Part shown: piece after piece, positions 26,201 through 41,404 of the stretch | How positions within the stretch are numbered: the first letter of the stretch is position 1 | How the letters are laid out: every line of letters begins with the position of its first letter | DNA from: Eledone cirrhosa | Taxonomy: Eukaryota | DNA length: 64,000 nt | Assembly: GCA_964016885.1 (NCBI GenBank) | Contig: OZ024742.1 | Location: 332,692,001 to 332,756,000, forward strand | Direction: 5' to 3' | Translations under genes and position numbers: made by a program | Notes under the pieces: model-generated | What the model was told of the DNA's origin: nothing | The model's input: only the letters and a program-made list of their open reading frames with translations | Database searches by the model: none

Positions 26201-29200
26201 TGTTACTACCACGTCTCTTTCTTATCACCACTCTTACCACCACGACTCTCTCTTATCACCACTGTTATGACAACATCTCTCTCTTATCACCACTCTTACT
26301 ACCACGTCTCTCTTATCACGACGGTTATCACAACAATTCTATATTATCACCACTGTTATCACAACACCTCTCTCTTATCACCACTTTAATCACTACAACT
26401 CTCTCTTATCACCACTGTTACTACCACGACTCTCTTATCACCACTGTTATCACAACAAGTCTCACTTATCACCACAGTTATCAAAACAACTCTCTCTTAT
26501 CACCACTGTTATCACTACAACTCTCTCTTATCACTACTGTTACTACCACGACTCTTTCTTATCACGACTTTTATCACAACAACTTTTTCTTATCACCACT
26601 GTTACTACCACGACTCCTTCTGATCACGACTGTTATCACAACAACCTTCTCTTATGACCACTGTTACTACCACCGATCTCTCTTATCACCACTGTTACTC
26701 CCACGACTCTCTCTTATCACCAATGTTATCACAACAACTCTCTCTTATCACCACTGTTACTACCACGGCTCTCTCTTATCACCACTGTTATCACAACAAC
26801 TCTCGCTTATCACCACTGTTACTAGCAGGACTCTCTCTTATCACAACTGTTACTACCACGACTCTCTCTTATCACCACAGTTACTACGACAATTCTCACT
26901 TATCACCAGTGTTACGACCACGACTCTCTCAAATCACCACTGTTATCACATCAACTCTCTCTTAACACCACTGTTACTACCACGACTCTCTCTTATCACT
27001 ACTGTTATCACAACAACTCTCTCTTATCACCACTTTTACTACCACGACTCTCTCTTATCATCACTCTTATCACAACAACTCTCTCTTATCAACACAACTC
27101 TCTCTTATCACCACTTTTACTACCACGACTCTCTCTTATCACCACTGTTACTACTACGACTCTCTCCTATTAGCACTCTTATCACAACAACTCTCTCTTA
27201 TCACCGATGTTACTAACATGACTCTCCATTATCAATACCACGACTCTCTCTTATCACCACTGTTACTACCACGACACTCTTATCACGACTATTATCACAA
27301 CAACTCTCTCTTATCACCACTGTTACTACCACGGCTCTCTCTTATCACCACTGTTCTCACAACAACTCTCGCTTATCACCACTGTTACTAACATGACTCT
27401 CTCTTTTCAACACTGTTTTCGCCATAACTCTCTCTTATCACAATTGTTATCACAAAAACTCTCTCTTATTACCACGGTTACTACCACGACTCTCTCTCTC
27501 TTCACCACTGTTACTACTACGACTCTTTCCTATTAACACTGTTACTACCACGGATCTCTCTTATCACCACTGTTATCACAACAACTCTCTCTTATCACCA
27601 CTGTTACAACCACGACCCTCTCTTATCACTACTGTTACTACTACGACTCTCTCCTATTATCACTGTTATCACAAAAACTCTCTCTTATCACCAATGTTAC
27701 TAAAACGACTCTCTCTTGTCACCACTGTTATCACAATAACTCTCTCTTATTACCACTGTTACTACCACGACTCTCTTTTATCACCACTGTTATCTCAACA
27801 CTCTCTCTTATCAACACTGTTATCACAAAAACTCTCTCTTATCACCACTGTTACTAACACGACTGTTACTACCATGACTCCCTCTTATCACCACTGTTAT
27901 CACAACTCTCTCTTATCACCACTGTTAATAACACGACCCTGCCTGATCACTAATGTTACTACCACGACTCTCTATTATCACCACTGAAATCACAACAACT
28001 CTCTCCCATCACCATTGTTTTTACAACGACTCTCTCTTATTACCACTGTTTTCACAACAACCCTCTCTTATGACCACTGTTACTACCACCGATCTCTCTT
28101 ATCACCACTGTTACTCCCACGACTCTCTCTTATCACCAATGTTATCACAACAACTTTCTCTTATCACCACTGTTACTACCACGGCTCTCTCTTATCACCA
28201 CTGTTATCACAACAACTCTCTCTTATCACCACTGTTACTACCACGGCTCTCTCTTATCACCACTGTTATTACAACATCTCTCTCTTATCACTACTGTTAC
28301 TACTACGACTCTCTCCTATTACCACTGTTATCACAAAAACTCTCTCTTATCACCAATGTTACTAGCACGACTCTCTCTTATCACCACTGTTAATAACACA
28401 TCCCTCCCTAATCACTAATGTTACTACCACGACTCTCTCTTATCACCACTGTTATCACAACAACTCTCTCTTATCACCACTGTTACTACCACGGCTCTCT
28501 TTTATCACCACTGTTATCACAACAGTCTCTCTTATCAACACTATTATCACAACAACTCATTCTTATCACCACAGTTACTACCACGACTCTCTCTTATCAC
28601 CACTGTTATCACAACAACTCTCTCCTATCACCATTGCTAATACCACGACTCTCTGTTATCACCACTGTTAGTACCACGTCTCTCTCTTATCACCACTCTT
28701 ACCACAACAACACTCTCTTATCACCACTGTTATCACAACAACTCTCTCTTATGACCACTGTTACTACCACGACTCTCTTTTATCAGCACTATTATCTCAA
28801 CACTCTCTCTTATCAACACTGTTATCACAAAAAACTCTCTCTTATCACCACTTTTACTACCACGACTCTCTCTTATCACCACTGATACTACTACGACTCT
28901 CTCCTATTAGCACTGTTATCACAACAACTCTCTCTTATCACCAATGTTACTAACATGACTCTCCATTATCACCACTGTCAATACCACGACACTCTCTTAT
29001 CACCACTGTTATCAAAACAACTGTCTCTTATCAACACTGCTTCAAAACAACTCTCTCTTATCACCACTGTTACTAACACCACTCACTTTTATCACCACAG
29101 TTACTAACACAATTCACTCTTATCACCAATGTTACTACCACGATTCTCGCTTATCACCACTGTTATTACAACAACTCTCTCTTATCACCACAGTTACTAC

Positions 29201-32200
29201 CACGACTCTCTCTCATCACCACTGTTACTACTACGACTCTCACCTATTAACACTGTTATCACAACAACCTTCTCTTATCATCTCTGTTAACACAACTCTC
29301 TCTTGTCAACACTTTTATTACAAAAACTATCTCTTATCACCACTGTTATCACAACAACTCTCTCTTATCACCACTGTTACTAACACAACTCTCTTTCATC
29401 ACCACTGTTTCTACCACAGCTCTCTCTTATCACCACTGTTATTACCACGACTCTCAGTTACAACCACTGTTACTACCACCACTCTCTTATCACCACTGTT
29501 ATCGCGACAACTCTCTCTTATCACCACTGTTATCACAACAATTTTCTCTTATCACCACAGTTACTACCACGACTCTCTCTTATCACCACTGTTAGCACAA
29601 CAACCCTCTCTTATCACCACTGCTATCAGAACAACTCTCACTTATCACCACTATTACTACAACGACTCTCTCTTATCACCACTGTTATCACAACACCTCT
29701 CTCTTATCACCACTTTAATCACTACAACTCTCTCTTATCACCACTGTTATACCACGACTCTCTTATCACCACTGTTATCACAACAAGTCTCACTTATCAC
29801 CACAGTTATCAAAACAACTCTCTCTCATCACCACTGTTATCACTACAACTCTCTCTTATCACTACTGTTACTACCACGACTCTTTCTTATCACGACTTTT
29901 ATCACAACAACTTTTTCTTATCACCACTGTTACTACCACGACTCCTTCTGATCACGACTGTTATCACAACAACCTTCTCTTATGACCACTGTTACTACCA
30001 CCAATCTCTCTTATCACCACTGTTACTCCCACGACTCTCTCTTATCACCAATGTTATCACAACAACTCTCTCTTATCACCACTGTTACTACCACGGCTCT
30101 CTCTTATCACCACTGTTATCACAACAACTCTCGCTTATCACCACTGTTACTAGCAGGACTCTCTCTTATCACAACTGTTACTACCACGACTCACTCTTAT
30201 CACCACAGTTACTACCACAATTCTCACTTATCACCAGTGTTACGACCACGACTCTCTCAAATCACCACTGTTATCACATCAACTCTCTCTTAACACCACT
30301 GTTACTACCACGACTCTCTCTTATCACTACTGTTATCACAACAACTCTCTCTTATCACCACTTTTACTACCACGACTCTCTCTTATCACCACTCTTATCA
30401 CAACAACTCACTCTTATCAACACAACTCTCTCTTATCACCACTTTTACTACCACGACTCTCTCTTATCACCACTGTTACTACTACGACTCTCTCCTATTA
30501 GCACTCTTATCACAACAACTCTCTCTTATCACCGATGTTACTAACATGACTCTCCATTATCAATACCACGACTCTCTCTTATCACCACTGTTACTACCAC
30601 GACACTCTTATCACGACTATTATCACAACAACTCTCTCTTATCACCACTGTTACTACCACGGCTCTCTCTTATCACCACTGTTCTCACAACAACTCTCGC
30701 TTATCACCACTGTTACTAACATGACTCTCTCTTTTCACCACTGTTTTCGCCATAACTCTCTCTTATCACAATTGTTATCACAAAAACTCTCTCTTATCAC
30801 CACTGTTTTCACAACAGCTCTCTCTTATGACCACTTTTACTACCACGACTCTCTCTTATCACCACTGTTAACACAACAGCTCCCTCTTATCACCACGGTT
30901 ATCACAACAACTCTCTCTTATCACCACTGTTACTAACATGACTCACTCTCATCACCCCTGTTATCACAACAACTCTCTCTCGTCACCACTGTTACTACCA
31001 CGACTCTCTATTATCACCACTGTTGTCACAACAACTGTCTCTTATGACCACTCTTCTCACAACAACTCTCTCTTATCACCACTGTTACTACCACGACTCT
31101 CTCGTATCACCACTGTTATCGCAACAACTCTCTCTTATCACCACTTTTATCAGAGAAACTCTTTCTTATCAGCACTATTACTACCACGACTCTCTCTTAT
31201 CACCACTCTTACTACCACGACTCTCTCTTATCACCATTATTATCGCAACAACTCTCTCTTATCACCACTGTTATCAGAGCAACTCTTTCTAATCAGCACT
31301 GTTACTACAACGACTCTCTCTAATCACCACTGTTACTACCACAACTCTCTCTTATCACCACTTTTACTAACACGACTCTCCCTTATCACTATTGTTACTA
31401 CCACGACTAACTCTTATCACCACTGTTATCACAAAAACTCTCTCTTATCACCACTGTTGCCAACACGACTATCACTTATCACCACCTTTATCACAACAAC
31501 TCTCTCTAATCACCCTGTCTCTACCAATACTCTCTCTTATCACCACTGTTACTCCCATGCATCTCTCTTATCACCACTCTTACTACCACGAATCTCTCTT
31601 ATCACCACTGTTATCACAGCAACACTCTCTTATCACCACTGTTACTATTACGACTCTCTCATATCACCACTGTTACTAACGCGATTCTCCCTTATCACCA
31701 CTGTTGCTACCACGACTCTCTCTTATCACCACTGTTACTACCACGACTCTCTCTTATCTCCACTATTAACACCACGACTCTCTCTTATCACCACTGTTAC
31801 TACCACGAATCTCTCTTATCACCATTGTTATCACAACAATACTCTCTTATCACCACTGTTATCACAACAACCTTCTCTTATCACCACTTTTACTAACGCG
31901 ACTCTCTCTTATCACCACTGTTATCACAACAACCCTCTCTTATCACCACTGTTACTACCACGACTCTCTCTTATCACCACTGTTACTACCACGACTCTCT
32001 CTTATCACCACTGTTATCACAACAACTCTCACTTATCACCACTGTTACTACTACGACTCTCTCCTATGAACACTGTTATCACTACATCTCTCTCTTTTCA
32101 CCAAGGTTTCCACACCAACTCTCTCCCATCACCACTGTTACTAACATGACTCTCTCTTATCACCACTCTTTTCACAACAGCTCTTTCTTATGACCACTGT

Positions 32201-35200
32201 TACTACCACGACACTCTCTTATCACCACTGTTAATAACACGACTCTCTCTTATCACCACTTTTACTACCACGACTTTCTCTTATCTACATTGTTAACACA
32301 ACAACTCTCTCCTATCACCATTGTTGCTACCACGACTCCCTCTTATCACCACTGTTATAACAACAACCCTCTCTTATCACCACTGTTACTAACACGACTC
32401 TCTCTTATCACCACTATTACCACCACGACTCTCTCTTATCACAACTGTTACTACCACGACTCTCTCTTATCACCACTGTTATCACAACAATACTCTCTAA
32501 TCACCACTGTTATCACAACAACCCTCTCTTATCACCACTGTTACTACCACGACTCTCTCTTATCACCACTGTTACTAGCACGATCTCTCTTATCACCACT
32601 GTTATCACAACAACAATCTCTTATCACCTCTGTTACTACCACGACTCTCTCTCATCACCACTGTTACTACTACGACTCTCTCCTATGAACACTGTTATCA
32701 CTACATCTCTCTCTTTTCACCAAGGTTTCCACAATAACTCTCTCTTATCACCATTGTTACTACCACGACTCTCTCTTATCACCATTGTTAATACAACTCT
32801 CTCTTATCACCATTGTTAATACAACTCTCTCCTATCACCATTGTTGCTACAACGACTCTCTCTTATCACCACTATTATCACAACATCTCTCTCCTATCAC
32901 CACTGTTACTAACATGACTCTCTCTTATCAACACTCTTTTCAGAACAGCTCTTTCTTATGACCACTGTTACTACCACGACTCTCTCTTATCACCACTGTT
33001 AATAACACGACTCTCTCTTATCACCACTTTTACTACCACGACTCTCTCTTATCACCATTGTTAACACAACAACTCTCTCCTATCACCATTATTGCTAACA
33101 CGACTCTCTCCTATCACCACTGTTACTACAACGACTGTCTTTTATCACCACTGTTAATACCACGGCTCTCTCTTATCACCAATGTTATCACAACAATACT
33201 CTCTTATCACCACTGTTATCACAACAACCCTCTCTAATGACCACTGTTACTTCCACGACTCTCCCTTATCACCACTGTTACTACCACGACTCTCTCTTAT
33301 CACCATTGTTAACACAACAACTCTCTCCTATCACCATTGTTGCTAACACGACTTTCTCCTATTACCACTGTTATCACAACAACTCTCTCGTATCACCACT
33401 GTTACTATCATGAATCTCTCTAATCACCACTTTTACTAAAACGACTCTCTCTTATCACCATTGTTTCTACCACGGCTCTCTCTTATCACCACTGTTATCA
33501 CAACAATACTCTCTTATCACCACTGTTTTCACAACAACACTCTCTTATGACCACTATTACCACCACGATTGTCTCTTATCACCATTATTACTACCGCGAT
33601 TCTATCTTATCACCACTGTTATAAAAACAACTCTCTCTAATCAACACAGTTATCACAACAACTCTCTTTTATCACTACTGTTACCGCCACGACTCTCTCT
33701 TATCAACACTGTTAATACCACGACTCTCTCTTATCCCCACTTTTATCATAACAACTCTTTCTTATCACCACTGATACTACCACGACTCTCTCTTATCACC
33801 ACTGTTAGTACCACGGATCTTTCTTATCACAACTGTTATCACAACAACTCTCTCTTAAAACCACTGTTACTATTACGTGTCTCTCTTATCACCACTGTTA
33901 CTAACACGAGTCTCTCTTATCACCATTGTTACTACCACCAATCTCTCTTATCACCACCGTTACTACCACGACTCACTCTTATCACCACTGTTATCACAAT
34001 AACTCTCTCTTATCAGCACTGTTACTACCACGACTCTTTCTTATCACCACTGTTACTAATACGACTCTCTCCTATTACTACGGTTATCACAACAACTCTC
34101 TCTTATCACCACTGTTACTACCACGACTCTTTGTGATCACGACTGTTATCACAAAAACTTTCCCTTATTTCCATAGTTACGACCACGACTCTCTCTTATC
34201 ACCACTGTTACTACCATGAATCTCTCTTATCACCACAGTTATCACAACAACTCTCTCGTATCACCACTGCTATCACAACAACTCTCTCTTATCACCACTG
34301 TTACTAACATGACTCTCTCTTATAACCACTGTTTTCACAACAACCCTCTCTTATGACCACTGTTATCGCAACAACTCTCTCTTATCATAACTGTTATCAC
34401 AACAACTCTCGCTTAACACCGCTCTTACTACCACGACTCTCTCTTATCACCACTGTTATCACAACAACTCTCTCCTATCACCACTTTTGCTACCACGACT
34501 CTCTCATATCACCACTGTTACTAGTACGACTCTCTCCTATTACCACTGTTATCACAACAACTCTCTCTTACCACCAATGTTACTAACATGACTCTCCATT
34601 ATCACCACTGTCAATACCACGACTCTCTCATATCACCACTGTTATCACAACAACTCTCTCCTATCACCATTGTTACCATCACGACTCTCTGTTATCACCA
34701 CTGTTACTACCACGTCTCTTTCTTATCACCACTCTTACCACCACGACTCTATCTTATCACTACTGTTATCACAACAACTCTCTCTTATCACCACTGTTAC
34801 TAACACGAATCACCTTATCACCACTGTTACTACCACGACTCTCTCTTATCACCACTGTTATCACAACAACTCTCTCCTATCACCATTGATAATACCACGA
34901 CTCTATCTTATCACCACTGTTAGTACCATGTCTCTCTCTTATCACCACACTTACCACCACGACTCTCTCTTATCACCACTGTTATCACAACAACTCTCTC
35001 TTATCACCACTGTTACTAACACGAATCACCTTATCACCACTGTTACTACCACGACTCTCTCTTATCACCACTGTTATCACAACAACTCTCTCCTATCACC
35101 ATTGTTAATACCACGACTCTATGTTATCACCACTCTTACTACCACGTCTCTCTTATCAGCACGGTTATCACAACAATTCTATATTATCACCACTGTTATC

Positions 35201-38200
35201 ACAACACCTCTCTCTTATCAACACTGTTATCAGAGAAACTCTTTCTTATCAGCACTGTTACTACCACGACTCTCTCTTATCACCACTGTTACTACCACGA
35301 CTCTCTCTTATCACCACTGTTATCGCAACAACTCTCTCTTATCACCACTGTTATCAGAGCAACTCTTTCTAATCAGCACTGTTTCTACAACGACTCTCTC
35401 TAATCACCACTGTTACTACCACGACTCTCTCTTATCACAACTGTTACTAACACGACTCTCCCTTATCACTACTGTTACTACCACGACTCTCTCTTATCAA
35501 CACATTTATCACAACAACTCTCTTTTATCACTACTGTTACTACCACCACTCTCTCTTATCACCACTGTTACTACCACGGCTCTCCCTTATCACCACTGTT
35601 ACCACCACGACTCTCTCTTATCAAAACTGTTAATACCACGACTCTCTCTTATCTCCACTGTTATCATAACAACTCTTTCTTATCACCACTGTTACTACCA
35701 CGACTCTCTCTTATCACCACTGTTAGTACCACGGCTCTTTCTTATCACCACTGTTATCACAACAACTCTCTCTTAAAACCACTGTTACTATTACGTGTAT
35801 CTCTTATCACCACTGTTACTACCACCAATCTCTCTTATCACCACCGTTGCTACCACGACTCACTCTTATCACCACTGTTATCACAACAACTCTCTCTTAT
35901 CAGCACTGTTACTACCACGACTCTCTCTTATCAGCACTGTTACTAATACGACTCTCTCCTATTACTACGGTTATCACAACAACTCTCTCTTATCACCACT
36001 GCTATCACAACAACACTCTCTTATCACTACTGTTACTACCACGACTCTTTCTTATCACGATGTTATCACAACAACTTCCTCTTATCACCAATTTTACTAC
36101 CACGACTCTTTCTGATCACGACTGTTATCAAAACAACTTTCCCTTATTTCCACTGTTACTACGATGAATCTCTCTTATCACCACAGTTATCACAACAACT
36201 CTCTCTTATCACCACTGCTATCACAACAACTCTCTCTTATCACCACTGTTACTAACATGACTCTCTCTTATAACCACTGTTTTCACAACAACCCTCTCTC
36301 ACGACCACTGTTATCGCAGCATCTCTCTCTTATCATAACTGTTATCACAACAACTCTCGCTTATCACCACTGTTACTAGCAGGACTCTCTCATATCAACA
36401 CTGTTACTAACACGACTCTCTCTTATCACCACAGTTACTACCACAATTCTCTCTTATCACCAATGTTACTACCACGACTCTCTCAAATCACCACTGTTAT
36501 CACAACAACTCTCTCTTAACACCACTGTTACTACCACGACTCTCTCTTATCACCACTGTTATCACAACAACTCTCTCTTATCATCACTTTTGCTACCACG
36601 ACTCTCTCTTATCACCACTGTTACTACTACGACTCTCTCCTATTACTACTGTTATCACAACAACTCTCTCTTATCACCAATGTTACTAACATGACTCTCC
36701 ATTATCACCACTGTCAATACCACGACTCTCTCTTATCACCACTGTTATCACAACACCTCTCTCCTATCTCCATTGTTACCACCACGACTCTCTGTTATCA
36801 CCACCACTGTTACTACCACGTCTCTTTCTTATCACCACTCTTACCACCACGACTCTCTCTTATCACCACTGTTATGACAACATCTCTCTCTTATCACCAC
36901 TCTTACTACCACGTCTCTCTTATCACGACGGTTATCACAACAATTCTATATTATCACCACTGTTATCACAACACCTCTCTCTTATCACCACTTTAATCAC
37001 TACAACTCTCTCTTATCACCACTGTTACTACCACGACTCTCTTATCACCACTGTTATCACAACAAGTCTCACTTATCACCACAGTTATCAAAACAACTCT
37101 CTCTTATCACCACTGTTATCACTACAACTCTCTCTTATCACTACTGTTACTACCACGACTCTTTCTTATCACGACTTTTATCACAACAACTTTTTCTTAT
37201 CACCACTGTTACTACCACGACTCCTTCTGATCACGACTGTTATCACAACAACCTTCTCTTATGACCACTGTTACTACCACCGATCTCTCTTATCACCACT
37301 GTTACTCCCACGACTCTCTCTTATCACCAATGTTATCACAACAACTCTCTCTTATCACCACTGTTACTACCACGGCTCTCTCTTATCACCACTGTTATCA
37401 CAACAACTCTCGCTTATCACCACTGTTACTAGCAGGACTCTCTCTTATCACAACTGTTACTACCACGACTCTCTCTTATCACCACAGTTACTACGACAAT
37501 TCTCACTTATCACCAGTGTTACGACCACGACTCTCTCAAATCACCACTGTTATCACATCAACTCTCTCTTAACACCACTGTTACTACCACGACTCTCTCT
37601 TATCACTACTGTTATCACAACAACTCTCTCTTATCACCACTTTTACTACCACGACTCTCTCTTATCATCACTCTTATCACAACAACTCTCTCTTATCAAC
37701 ACAACTCTCTCTTATCACCACTTTTACTACCACGACTCTCTCTTATCACCACTGTTACTACTACGACTCTCTCCTATTAGCACTCTTATCACAACAACTC
37801 TCTCTTATCACCGATGTTACTAACATGACTCTCCATTATCAATACCACGACTCTCTCTTATCACCACTGTTACTACCACGACACTCTTATCACGACTATT
37901 ATCACAACAACTCTCTCTTATCACCACTGTTACTACCACGGCTCTCTCTTATCACCACTGTTCTCACAACAACTCTCGCTTATCACCACTGTTACTAACA
38001 TGACTCTCTCTTTTCACCACTGTTTTCGCCATAACTCTCTCTTATCACAATTGTTATCACAAAAACTCTCTCTTATTACCACGGTTACTACCACGACTCT
38101 CTCTCTCTTCACCACTGTTACTACTACGACTCTTTCCTATTAACACTGTTACTACCACGGATCTCTCTTATCACCACTGTTATCACAACAACTCTCTCTT

Positions 38201-41200
38201 ATCACCACTGTTACAACCACGACCCTCTCTTATCACTACTGTTACTACTACGACTCTCTCCTATTATCACTGTTATCACAAAAACTCTCTCTTATCACCA
38301 ATGTTACTAAAACGACTCTCTCTTGTCACCACTGTTATCACAATAACTCTCTCTTATTACCACTGTTACTACCACGACTCTCTTTTATCACCACTGTTAT
38401 CTCAACACTCTCTCTTATCAACACTGTTATCACAAAAACTCTCTCTTATCACCACTGTTACTAACACGACTGTTACTACCATGACTCCCTCTTATCACCA
38501 CTGTTATCACAACTCTCTCTTATCACCACTGTTAATAACACGACCCTGCCTGATCACTAATGTTACTACCACGACTCTCTATTATCACCACTGAAATCAC
38601 AACAACTCTCTCCCATCACCATTGTTTTTACAACGACTCTCTCTTATTACCACTGTTTTCACAACAACCCTCTCTTATGACCACTGTTACTACCACCGAT
38701 CTCTCTTATCACCACTGTTACTCCCACGACTCTCTCTTATCACCAATGTTATCACAACAACTTTCTCTTATCACCACTGTTACTACCACGGCTCTCTCTT
38801 ATCACCACTGTTATCACAACAACTCTCTCTTATCACCACTGTTACTACCACGGCTCTCTCTTATCACCACTGTTATTACAACAACTCTCTCTTATCACTA
38901 CTGTTACTACTACGACTCTCTCCTATTACCACTGTTATCACAAAAACTCTCTCTTATCACCAATGTTACTAGCACGACTCTCTCTTATCACCACTGTTAA
39001 TAACACATCCCTCCCTAATCACTAATGTTACTACCACGACTCTCTCTTATCACCACTGTTATCACAACAACTCTCTCTTATCACCACTGTTACTACCACG
39101 GCTCTCTTTTATCACCACTGTTATCACAACAGTCTCTCTTATCAACACTATTATCACAACAACTCATTCTTATCACCACAGTTACTACCACGACTCTCTC
39201 TTATCACCACTGTTATCACAACAACTCTCTCCTATCACCATTGCTAATACCACGACTCTCTGTTATCACCACTGTTAGTACCACGTCTCTCTCTTATCAC
39301 CACTCTTACCACAACAACACTCTCTTATCACCACTGTTATCACAACAACTCTCTCTTATGACCACTGTTACTACCACGACTCTCTTTTATCAGCACTATT
39401 ATCTCAACACTCTCTCTTATCAACACTGTTATCACAAAAAAGTCTCTCTTATCACCACTTTTACTACCACGACTCTCTCTTATCACCACTGATACTACTA
39501 CGACTCTCTCCTATTAGCACTGTTATCACAACAACTCTCTCTTATCACCAATGTTACTAACATGACTCTCCATTATCACCACTGTCAATACCACGACACT
39601 CTCTTATCACCACTGTTATCAAAACAACTGTCTCTTATCAACACTGCTTCAAAACAACTCTCTCTTATCACCACTGTTACTAACACCACTCACTTTTATC
39701 ACCACAGTTACTAACACAATTCACTCTTATCACCAATGTTACTACCACGATTCTCGCTTATCACCACTGTTATTACAACAACTCTCTCTTATCACCACAG
39801 TTACTACCACGACTCTCTCTCATCACCACTGTTACTACTACGACTCTCACCTATTAACACTGTTATCACAACAACCTTCTCTTATCATCTCTGTTAACAC
39901 AACTCTCTCTTGTCAACACTTTTATTACAAAAACTATCTCTTATCACCACTGTTATCACAACAACTCTCTCTTATCACCACTGTTACTAACACAACTCTC
40001 TTTCATCACCACTGTTTCTACCACAGCTCTCTCTTATCACCACTGTTATTACCACGACTCTCAGTTACAACCACTGTTACTACCACCACTCTCTTATCAC
40101 CACTGTTATCGCGACAACTCTCTCTTATCACCACTGTTATCACAACAATTTTCTCTTATCACCACAGTTACTACCACGACTCTCTCTTATCACCACTGTT
40201 AGCACAACAACCCTCTCTTATCACCACTGCTATCAGAACAACTCTCACTTATCACCACTATTACTACAACGACTCTCTCTTATCACCACTGTTATCACAA
40301 CACCTCTCTCTTATCACCACTTTAATCACTACAACTCTCTCTTATCACCACTGTTATACCACGACTCTCTTATCACCACTGTTATCACAACAAGTCTCAC
40401 TTATCACCACAGTTATCAAAACAACTCTCTCTCATCACCACTGTTATCACTACAACTCTCTCTTATCACTACTGTTACTACCACGACTCTTTCTTATCAC
40501 GACTTTTATCACAACAACTTTTTCTTATCACCACTGTTACTACCACGACTCCTTCTGATCACGACTGTTATCACAACAACCTTCTCTTATGACCACTGTT
40601 ACTACCACCAATCTCTCTTATCACCACTGTTACTCCCACGACTCTCTCTTATCACCAATGTTATCACAACAACTCTCTCTTATCACCACTGTTACTACCA
40701 CGGCTCTCTCTTATCACCACTGTTATCACAACAACTCTCGCTTATCACCACTGTTACTAGCAGGACTCTCTCTTATCACAACTGTTACTACCACGACTCT
40801 CTCTTATCACCACAGTTACTACCACAATTCTCACTTATCACCAGTGTTACGACCACGACTCTCTCAAATCACCACTGTTATCACATCAACTCTCTCTTAA
40901 CACCACTGTTACTACCACGACTCTCTCTTATCACTACTGTTATCACAACAACTCTCTCTTATCACCACTTTTACTACCACGACTCTCTCTTATCACCACT
41001 CTTATCACAACAACTCACTCTTATCAACACAACTCTCTCTTATCACCACTTTTACTACCACGACTCTCTCTTATCACCACTGTTACTACTACGACTCTCT
41101 CCTATTAGCACTCTTATCACAACAACTCTCTCTTATCACCGATGTTACTAACATGACTCTCCATTATCAATACCACGACTCTCTCTTATCACCACTGTTA

Positions 41201-41404
41201 CTACCACGACACTCTTATCACGACTATTATCACAACAACTCTCTCTTATCACCACTGTTACTACCACGGCTCTCTCTTATCACCACTGTTCTCACAACAA
41301 CTCTCGCTTATCACCACTGTTACTAACATGACTCTCTCTTTTCACCACTGTTTTCGCCATAACTCTCTCTTATCACAATTGTTATCACAAAAACTCTCTC
41401 TTAT
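20179..41404 (+). repeat. Near-identical 10,607-bp tandem duplication (20179-30785 / 30786-41392)
   Basis: Every ORF from 20331 to 29982 recurs at exactly +10,607 (20331->30938, 24063->34670, 28418->39025, 29982->40589), so there is no net indel. Only a handful of substitutions are visible. Confidence 0.96.
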
